From NCBI GenBank assembly GCA_964424195.1, contig CAYRHT010000002.1:80120-144119 (forward strand): a stretch of 64,000 nucleotides of DNA. The letters run 5' to 3'. Below are positions 57,466 through 64,000 of this stretch, piece after piece; positions within the stretch are counted from its first letter, which is position 1; each line of letters starts with the position of its first letter. The position numbers and the translations under genes were made by a program. The notes below the pieces were generated by a model. That model was not told the DNA's origin. It made no database searches and saw only the letters and a program-made list of their open reading frames with translations. The stretch comes from an uncultured Gammaproteobacteria bacterium. GTDB taxonomy: Bacteria; Patescibacteriota; Patescibacteriia; UBA1558; S5-K13.

Positions 57466-57996
57466 TTATTTTTTATATTCTTCTTTTAAAATACCATAAA
57501 TAAATATATCTAGCCACTTCCTATTCTTATATACTTTTTTTCTTAAAGTACCTTCCTGTTTGAAACCATGTTTTTCCAATGCTTTCATAGATCCTTTATT
57601 TGGTTTCATGACTGAAGCCTGAACTCGAGTTAATTTTAATTTAGAAAAAGCATATTTTAAAATTAAAGATATGGCTTCAGTTATAATTCCTTGTTTCCAA
57701 TATTTTTTACCTAACCAATACCCTAAGATAGCTCCTTTATTATTATGAAAGTTAATACTAGTTAAATCAATTACTCCTATTACCTCTTTAGTCTCAGGAT
57801 TTTCTACACCAAAGACTACTACATTCTTTTTCTTCTGAGATTCTTTGATAAAGCTCTGAGCATCTTGAAGGGTGTAAGGATAGGGAATACGAGCTGTATA
57901 ACGGCTCACATCTCTATTATTTAAGTTTTGGTAGATACTCTGAGCATCTTTCTTCTTAAGACTACGAAGATTTATTTTTTTACCTTTGATTATCAT
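57466..57996 (-). CDS. GNAT-family N-acetyltransferase (RimJ/RimL-like)
   Basis: 176 aa. Motif WKQGIITEAISLILKYAF. Confidence 0.65.
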   Translation of the reverse strand: MIIKGKKINLRSLKKKDAQSIYQNLNNRDVSRYTARIPYPYTLQDAQSFIKESQKKKNVVVFGVENPETKEVIGVIDLTSINFHNNKGAILGYWLGKKYWKQGIITEAISLILKYAFSKLKLTRVQASVMKPNKGSMKALEKHGFKQEGTLRKKVYKNRKWLDIFIYGILKEEYKK

Positions 57997-58035
57997 ATAT
58001 ATTATATTTGTAATATGTATCTTTTACACATTATT

Positions 58036-58428
58036 TTAAAATAAATTTCTGTATTTTTTGTAATTATCTTTAATTAATTTTTTCCATTGAGCTGTTTCAT
58101 TTTTACCACTCAAATCATTCTTGTTGTAAACTAAGAGAATAGAAACAATTTGAGAATCATTATTAATAGCTAAAATACATCTATTTCCTGACCCCTTACG
58201 AGATTGTTTGGTTCCAGCAATTCTAAATTCAGTTTTAACTATTTTAACTTTAGAGGAATTAATAATAATTTCTGCAATAGATGTATTAAATAATTGATCA
58301 ATACGTTTGTATTGTTCAATTAAGGCTTGCCAAGTTATGTCCCAAGGTTTTTTGTATTTTTTCTGGAATTTTTTGATAAAATGGTTTTTGGCAAATTGTT
58401 CAATGGTAACTGAATATTTAGTAGACAT
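58036..58428 (-). CDS. Putative RelE/HigB-like (Gp49-type) toxin of a type II TA pair
   Basis: 130 aa. The C-terminal region FRIAGTKQSRKGSGNRCILAINNDSQIVSILLVYNKNDLSGKNETAQWKKLI parallels the RelE/HigB-2 pattern ...ELR..GK.SGGYR.IY.....I.LL..Y.K.E..DLS. It overlaps the upstream antitoxin by 11 nt. Confidence 0.5.
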   Translation of the reverse strand: MSTKYSVTIEQFAKNHFIKKFQKKYKKPWDITWQALIEQYKRIDQLFNTSIAEIIINSSKVKIVKTEFRIAGTKQSRKGSGNRCILAINNDSQIVSILLVYNKNDLSGKNETAQWKKLIKDNYKKYRNLF

Positions 58429-59101
58429 AACTAGGATCTTCTTGAGTTATCAATTCATAAGGGATTATTTCATCAGGAGAACAAATTTTATAAGGCAATT
58501 GGTTATGAGTAAAATCAACAATCTCACTAGTTTTTTTGTTTTTCCATTTTTTAGATATTTTTTCAATTAACTTTAATTCTGTAGGAGATAATTTTTTTAA
58601 TTTTTTCTTTTGAGATCCTCTGTTTTCAGAAATTAAAAGCATTTCTCCTTTATGACAGATATTTATTTTCCCTTCTGTTTCTAATTCATCTATAGCTCTA
58701 AAATACATATCAGGAACTGGACCAAATTTAATTCGACGATATTGCATTCCGCTCATGCTTTCTAATTTTTCATAAAACCAAGTAAAATCTGCTAGATACA
58801 ACATTTTAGCTAATTTAGTTTTTAAGATTTGTCCATCCCCAGATGAAGCCTTACGAATATATGCTAGAATCATCTCCTTGTATTTTTCATAATTAGATTG
58901 GGTTCCACTTTCTACCTCTTCTAAAGAAACACCAAAAATATTAGATAGCTTCACTATCTGAGAAAAATTTAATTCTGTTTTACCTTGTTCAAAAGAAATG
59001 TAAGAAGAACGAGAGATGTCTAGTCTTTTAGAAATTTCTTCTTGACTAATTCCTTTTTGAGTCCTTAGTTTTTTAATTAGTTTAAAATATTGGTTAACCA
59101 T
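58418..59101 (-). CDS. HTH-XRE plus Panacea (DUF4065/SocA-like) domain antitoxin
   Basis: 227 aa. N-terminal Cro/C1-type HTH (LRTQKGISQEEISKRLDISRSSYISFEQGK). C-terminal region KTKLAKMLYLADFTWFYEKLESMSGMQYRRIKFGPVPDMYF is typical of DUF4065 (Panacea) domains. Confidence 0.6.
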   Translation of the reverse strand: MVNQYFKLIKKLRTQKGISQEEISKRLDISRSSYISFEQGKTELNFSQIVKLSNIFGVSLEEVESGTQSNYEKYKEMILAYIRKASSGDGQILKTKLAKMLYLADFTWFYEKLESMSGMQYRRIKFGPVPDMYFRAIDELETEGKINICHKGEMLLISENRGSQKKKLKKLSPTELKLIEKISKKWKNKKTSEIVDFTHNQLPYKICSPDEIIPYELITQEDPSYVY

Positions 59102-59186
59102 ATTTTTATCTTATTAATATATAACTAAATTATATATTTTATATGTCTAAAAGTCAAACTTGTAATGTCTATATTTTAAACTTATT

Positions 59187-59843
59187 CTAGTTCCCTAACT
59201 TATCTGGATAATTCAGAAAAGCTCCATCAAAATTTAAACCATTGGTATCTTTAATATCATTAAATGACCAAACAATAATTTTAAATCCCTTTCGATGAAC
59301 TCTTTCAATCACTTTATTATCTATTCTTTCTATATCTGGGTTAATTGAAATAGCTTTTAATTCTCGAGCTAAATCAATATGTTCTTCTTTAACATCATCT
59401 ACTAATACCGCAATTTTAATTTCTGGACTGAGTTCGTGAAACTTTTTAAGTTCTTCATGATTGAAAGAAGAAACTACTAAGTCAGTAGATTCATATTCTT
59501 TGATTACTTTTGAAACGGCTTTGGCAGTATTGTCACCTTTAAGTTCAATGTTAACTTTTACTCTTCCGTCTATTAAATCTAGCACTTCTTCTAAAGTAGG
59601 AATATGTTTTCCCTTTCCAGCATCGAGTTCTTTAAGTTCAGCTAAACTTTTCTCAGCTACTAATCCTTTACCATCAGTAGTTCTATTTATTTTTTCATCA
59701 TGGATTACTACTATTTCTCCACTAGCACAAAGATGGACATCAAATTCAATCATATCAACATTAAGATCTAGAGCTTTTTGAAAAGATCTCAATGTATTTT
59801 CAGGTTCATAACCCATAGCACCTCGATGTCCGATTATAATCAT
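59187..59843 (-). CDS. Glycerophosphodiester phosphodiesterase
   Basis: 218 aa. GDPD motifs IIGHRGAMGYEPENTLRSF and MIEFDVHL. Confidence 0.8.
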   Translation of the reverse strand: MIIIGHRGAMGYEPENTLRSFQKALDLNVDMIEFDVHLCASGEIVVIHDEKINRTTDGKGLVAEKSLAELKELDAGKGKHIPTLEEVLDLIDGRVKVNIELKGDNTAKAVSKVIKEYESTDLVVSSFNHEELKKFHELSPEIKIAVLVDDVKEEHIDLARELKAISINPDIERIDNKVIERVHRKGFKIIVWSFNDIKDTNGLNFDGAFLNYPDKLGN

Positions 59844-59844
59844 A

Positions 59845-60240
59845 TTACTTTTTCTTACATTTTAAACAAAAATTTCTGTGAGCTGAAAGAACTGCTCCAC
59901 ACTTTTTACATTTCCACCTAGCCTTCTCTCTTTTAAGAAACTCTCTAATACCTAACTTCTCAATATTTTCTAGATTCTCCAACATACTCATTCTATACTT
60001 GTTTTTATACCTTTTATCTAAGTTTTTTAATCTAGTACAAGGAAACTTTTCACACTTAGGAGAACAAAACTTTAATTTTTTCTTTTTTAATGTAGGGCAA
60101 TGCATGATGATACATTTTCTACAACCCTCGGGTTTGTTTTCACTCATTCCTCTACAACCCAAACATTTATTCTTTTCTCTAAGAAAGCCAATACAAATTC
60201 CACAGTTCATGCCACAAGGTGCAATAAGTTTTGATTTCAT
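59845..60240 (-). CDS. Cysteine-rich (DUF3795-like) putative zinc/iron-binding protein
   Basis: 131 aa with about 18 Cys. N-terminus APCGMNCGICIGF, and further CxxC pairs through to the C-terminus. Confidence 0.45.
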   Translation of the reverse strand: MKSKLIAPCGMNCGICIGFLREKNKCLGCRGMSENKPEGCRKCIIMHCPTLKKKKLKFCSPKCEKFPCTRLKNLDKRYKNKYRMSMLENLENIEKLGIREFLKREKARWKCKKCGAVLSAHRNFCLKCKKK

Positions 60241-60262
60241 ATGTTTTATTTATTAAAGAATT

Positions 60263-61096
60263 TTAATAAGGCCATTTCAATGTTGATATTTCGTGAATAT
60301 CAAATAAAAAATTGAAAGGATAATGTAATTTAAAGTCAGTTGCTTTTTTTGAACTAATATTTTCTGGTGCGATTTTGTTTATCCCAGATTGGATATGTGA
60401 ACCAATATTAAATTTTTTGGAATCGGAATAAATTTCGCCATTTGATAGATTTACACTATAGTAATTTTTTTTATTTTCTGAAGTTCGAATATTGAATTGA
60501 TATAGTATATTTGAATTTTTATCTTTTTTAATTTCTATATCATAGAAATTTTTATACAACTTGTCGGTTTTTATCCCAGAAAGGTTCTTGATAGTTGTAA
60601 TTTTAAGAGTGTCTAAATTAAGGGTCATAATTTTTTTATCTCTGGCATAGTATAAAAGATTATCTGAGTAATACAAAGGATATTCTATTGAATTATTTAT
60701 TATATATTCAAATTCAAAATCATTTTTTAAATTGGTCGATTCAAGATGATATATAGCTGTTTTATTTGGTTTGTTTATTTCTCTTTTTTGCCCGAATATA
60801 TACTTCCCAAAAGAATATTGAGGATTAAATTTTGTATTATCATGATTTATAATCATATTATCTTTCCAAATAACCCAACTAGAAACATTTTTATGAAAAC
60901 GAATCTTTGAAAAAGGATTTAGTGCTTGCAGCCATCCAGCGTCCTTTTTAAGATTACAAGATGCTTTTTTAGCAATAGTGCCCTCGTTCATATCTTTAAT
61001 TTCTTCATTATACACATTACATTCTTCTCTAGAGGGAGTGCAAGACATTAAAATTAAAAAATATAGAATAGGGATTAAAAAATATCTTTTTTTCAT
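60263..61096 (-). CDS. Hypothetical lipoprotein
   Basis: 277 aa. Lipobox-like LILMSC after the signal peptide. No recognisable domain. Confidence 0.45.
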   Translation of the reverse strand: MKKRYFLIPILYFLILMSCTPSREECNVYNEEIKDMNEGTIAKKASCNLKKDAGWLQALNPFSKIRFHKNVSSWVIWKDNMIINHDNTKFNPQYSFGKYIFGQKREINKPNKTAIYHLESTNLKNDFEFEYIINNSIEYPLYYSDNLLYYARDKKIMTLNLDTLKITTIKNLSGIKTDKLYKNFYDIEIKKDKNSNILYQFNIRTSENKKNYYSVNLSNGEIYSDSKKFNIGSHIQSGINKIAPENISSKKATDFKLHYPFNFLFDIHEISTLKWPY

Positions 61097-61125
61097 ATAT
61101 TTTATTTGTTATTTATTAATATTGT

Positions 61126-61968
61126 CTACCAACCACCAGAAGAACCTCCGCCACCAGATCGTCCACCTCCAAAACCTCCACCACCAAAGAATATTCCTCC
61201 CTTACCACCTTTTCCTCCCTTAGTGTTAGAAGCTATATAATCTAGTAATAATCCACCAAGTCCTAAAACTATAGCAAAGATAAGTCCACTAGCAACAGAA
61301 GCCTTAATTAAGCCAATAATTACCCCAATAACAACTCCTAGAACTCCTCCTTGCCAAATAGACTTAGTTTTTCTGAAGAAGTTCATTAAAAGTTGTAAAG
61401 CTATTAATCCAATAATAAAGATGAATTTGTAAGAAGAAGAACCTTCAGAAGTATCATTGGAACTTTCATCAACTACAAACTCCTCTCCTTTCACAGCAGA
61501 TATAATCTGATTAATAGCTTTATCTATTCCAGTATAATATTCTTCTGATTTAAAGGCAGGAGTTAAAGTATTTCGAATAATCTGTCCAGATTGTAAATCA
61601 GTCAAAGCTCCTTCTAATCCATAACCAACTTCAATTCTTAACTTTCTTTCTTCTAAAGCAATAAGTAGTAATACTCCATTATCATTCTCTTTAGTTCCAA
61701 TACCCCAATCTTCAAATAATTGGACAGCAAAACCCTCAATAGTATCTTCTTCTAAGCTATTGATTATAACTACTGCTAATTCAGTGCTAGTTTCATTCTT
61801 AAAGCTAGTGAGTTTGTTTTCTAAGTTTTCTTTTTCAGAACTACTAAGTAAGTTAGTATAGTCATTTACATGTCCTTGAGGTTCTCCAGGATTGTAATAT
61901 GCCCCTGCTGAGAAACAAAAGAATAGTAAAAAGAAAACAAAGAAAAGTTTAATTTGTCTTTTAAACAT
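61126..61968 (-). CDS. TPM-domain (YgcG-like) protein with a C-terminal TM segment and a Gly-rich tail
   Basis: 280 aa. TPM region LAVVIINSLEEDTIEGFAVQLFEDWGIGTKENDNGVLLLIALEERKLRIEVGYGLEG. Tail GGKGGKGGIFFGGGGFGGGRSGGGGSSGGW. Confidence 0.75.
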   Translation of the reverse strand: MFKRQIKLFFVFFLLFFCFSAGAYYNPGEPQGHVNDYTNLLSSSEKENLENKLTSFKNETSTELAVVIINSLEEDTIEGFAVQLFEDWGIGTKENDNGVLLLIALEERKLRIEVGYGLEGALTDLQSGQIIRNTLTPAFKSEEYYTGIDKAINQIISAVKGEEFVVDESSNDTSEGSSSYKFIFIIGLIALQLLMNFFRKTKSIWQGGVLGVVIGVIIGLIKASVASGLIFAIVLGLGGLLLDYIASNTKGGKGGKGGIFFGGGGFGGGRSGGGGSSGGW

Positions 61969-61970
61969 AT

Positions 61971-62528
61971 TTATTCAAAGTTTACTTCAGGAGCTTCTTC
62001 TGAACCTTCTGCAGATTCAAAGTATGATTTTTCTTCAAAGTCAAACATACCTGCTACCCACTTAGCTGGTATTCTTTTAGTCATTAAATTATACCCTTTT
62101 ACAGCATCATTAAATCTTTTTCTTTCAACACTAATTCTGTTTTCACTACCTTCTAATTGAGTCATTAAATCAGTAACATTATCAGCAGACTTTAAATTAG
62201 GATAATTTTCCATAACTACTAATAATCTTCCTAAAGCACTTTCTACTTGTCCTGCGGCAGCAGCTTTTTCATTAACACTAGTAGCACCAGAATACTTAGT
62301 TCTAGCATCAGCAATTCCTAAGAATATTTCTGTTTCTTGATTCATTACTCCTTTAACAGCATTAACTAAGTTAGGTATTAAATCAAATCTTCTTTGGTAT
62401 TGAGTTTCTACCTGCGCCCATTTGTTTTCTACTCCTTCATTAGAAGTAATTAGTTTGTTGTAAGTAGTCCAGATGTATCCACCTAGAACAACAACAACGA
62501 TTAGTAAGATAATAATTCCTTTTTTCAT
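61971..62528 (-). CDS. LemA-family protein
   Basis: 185 aa. N-terminal TM helix followed by YNKLITSNEGVENKWAQVETQYQRRFDLIPNLV, typical of LemA. It lies directly upstream of the TPM protein, the usual LemA-TPM pairing. Confidence 0.8.
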   Translation of the reverse strand: MKKGIIILLIVVVVLGGYIWTTYNKLITSNEGVENKWAQVETQYQRRFDLIPNLVNAVKGVMNQETEIFLGIADARTKYSGATSVNEKAAAAGQVESALGRLLVVMENYPNLKSADNVTDLMTQLEGSENRISVERKRFNDAVKGYNLMTKRIPAKWVAGMFDFEEKSYFESAEGSEEAPEVNFE

Positions 62529-62553
62529 ATGTTTTGTTTATTTGTTATTTATT

Positions 62554-62772
62554 TTATTCTCGTTCTAAGTATTGTCCAAGATTTTCAATAGCAACCCCGG
62601 CTATTGAAAGTTTTTCTTTAGCACTTCTTTCTAATTCATCTTGTCCTGGTAACTTTTCTTTTCCTTCTCCAGAATAATGAAAATGAATGTATGTTATTAT
62701 TTCCTGTTCTTCTTTGGAGAGTTGAGCCCAGGCAGATTTAAAAATACTTTCTTGTGTTGGTATTTGTTCCAT
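62554..62772 (-). CDS. Hypothetical small protein
   Basis: 72-aa ORF with no recognisable features. Confidence 0.35.
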   Translation of the reverse strand: MEQIPTQESIFKSAWAQLSKEEQEIITYIHFHYSGEGKEKLPGQDELERSAKEKLSIAGVAIENLGQYLERE

Positions 62773-63033
62773 AGTGTTTTTTAAATTATTTAGATTAGTT
62801 TAATTATACAATATAGGTGATTAAAATGAAACAAAAAACACCTACATAGTAGATGATTTCTGTGGCGGGCTTCTTCGAGCTGGAACCGTAATTTTTACAA
62901 GCCCAGTAGGGTTATTCTAGTATTTTTTATGATTTTGATAAATAAGTGTCTCGTGCGCTCTATATTTTTATAAAAAGTGACAAAAGTGACACAAAATTAA
63001 GATTTAAAATTATAGTAATCTGTAACCTTTATA

Positions 63034-63987
63034 TTAATAACATTTTTCTAACTTTATTCCATTTTTGTTTTTGCTGGCAAACCAATTATTAAAAAATCCA
63101 ACAAATGATTGATCAATAATAGTTTTTGCAAATGGGTTATTTACAAAAATACAATCATCTCCAATTTTTTTAGGGTGGTTTAATACATTCTTGTTAGAAA
63201 ATAAAACACCACTCACAAAATTAAAATCTGGATTAGAAAAATAGTTTACAGGGACAACTTTATTACTTTCTTTTTTTACATCATCTCTATACGAATAACT
63301 TGTTGATCTATTTTTTATATTAATTTGCATATATTGGAATCCGAACAATGTCTTTAAAACGTTTGGCATACAGGAATTATCTACGTGTCCTAAATCGGCT
63401 GTATTTATGGCAATTATAAAAGGAGTATTTTCATTAAACCATTTCTTACCCTTCCATTTTTTATAATGGTTTACTTTTTCTTTTATTGATTGAGATATTC
63501 TTAGAATCATTTTATCAACAGGCACATTTTGTACTACAATTTTATCTAATTTTTCTGCTATATACATTTCTGGAACGGAATCATTTTTCGTGGGATCACC
63601 TTTTGTAGGTGCTACACATTCAATATACGCTATATTAGGGATAATAAAGTCTGGTCCTTCGTTTCCGGATTCTAACTCTAATCCTTTTTCTAATAATACG
63701 TTACCAATATACATTTCCCAGGATCTTTGATGAAAATGTATTTTGATTTCATTTAAGAAATGATTGTCAGCATAGGGCTTATATTTTTTCCAGAGTCTAT
63801 CAAATTTTTCTTTTCTATCACTACAACAACCACTTACAATATAATAAGGGTCATATTGGGAATTTTCTTTCTTTATTTCTAATAACTCTTGATCAGAACA
63901 ATCAAGCGGTAAATTAGATATAAAAATGGAATCTTCTTTAATATTATTCATTTTAGAGTTTATTTTTTTATTTTTTCCACCAATCAT
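63034..63987 (-). CDS. Hypothetical cytoplasmic protein
   Basis: 317 aa with no confident family. An alternative start MNNIKED lies at 63951. It contains GPDFIIPNIAYIECVAPTK, loosely reminiscent of PD-(D/E)xK nuclease cores. Confidence 0.45.
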   Translation of the reverse strand: MIGGKNKKINSKMNNIKEDSIFISNLPLDCSDQELLEIKKENSQYDPYYIVSGCCSDRKEKFDRLWKKYKPYADNHFLNEIKIHFHQRSWEMYIGNVLLEKGLELESGNEGPDFIIPNIAYIECVAPTKGDPTKNDSVPEMYIAEKLDKIVVQNVPVDKMILRISQSIKEKVNHYKKWKGKKWFNENTPFIIAINTADLGHVDNSCMPNVLKTLFGFQYMQINIKNRSTSYSYRDDVKKESNKVVPVNYFSNPDFNFVSGVLFSNKNVLNHPKKIGDDCIFVNNPFAKTIIDQSFVGFFNNWFASKNKNGIKLEKCY

Positions 63988-64000
63988 CAGAAAGAAAACA

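Noticed and set aside
62840-62930. Possible tRNA or other structured RNA gene in the 62.8 kb spacer (GGGCTT...AAGCCC stem).
   Set aside because: There is no D-loop or T-loop (GTTCRANYC) signature and no acceptor-stem pairing. The 26-nt loop is not tRNA-like. Kept only as a low-interest structural note.
1-64000. Scanned for CRISPR arrays, transposase/integrase genes, rRNA and tRNA genes.
   Set aside because: No regularly spaced direct repeats, no DDE/tyrosine recombinase-like ORFs, and no rRNA/tRNA signatures were recognised by eye. The absence is not proof; a tRNAscan/cmscan run would settle it.

Overview
The window is a very AT-rich (about 30% GC by eye), gene-dense bacterial chromosome segment; most genes lie on the minus strand, and TAA/TAG/TGA all act as stops (standard code). 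Gene content and compact organisation suggest a small-genome, fermentative, peptidoglycan-containing bacterium, possibly Patescibacteria/CPR-like or a low-GC Gram-positive-like lineage; this is an inference only. Housekeeping genes I can support are aspS, asnS, a UDP-glucose 6-dehydrogenase-like gene, a SEDS RodA/FtsW, dnaE, thrS, a single-ORF MiaB-MiaA fusion, pyrB-pyrI, gatB, gap, ndk, prfB and ddl. The fermentative core comprises 2-oxoacid:ferredoxin oxidoreductase alpha/beta/gamma, a PduL-like phosphotransacylase, acetate kinase and a trimeric HydABC-type [FeFe]-hydrogenase. The main accessory region is a roughly 16 kb cell-envelope glycosylation and surface-protein island (21.3-37.4 kb). 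It holds GT1, GT4 and three GT2 genes, an O-antigen-ligase-like membrane protein, a 1146-aa beta-helix surface protein with tandem repeats and a peptidoglycan-binding tail, MscS, and a degenerate radical-SAM/Memo-like operon. The island abuts a 3-prime remnant of argS on one side. On the other side an approximately 0.7 kb cassette insertion is bounded by a 20-bp exact (about 35-bp imperfect) direct repeat of a GT2 gene start, and carries a protein with an R-N-x3-H (HEPN-like) motif next to a multi-TM protein; this two-gene module is the most likely candidate for an undescribed system in the window. Other notable items are a T-box-like leader upstream of thrS, an HTH-Panacea (DUF4065) antitoxin paired with a RelE/HigB-like toxin, a comEC gene split into two overlapping ORFs, a NUDIX gene inside the oxidoreductase operon, and several Rho-independent terminators. 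No rRNA, tRNA, CRISPR array or transposase was recognised.
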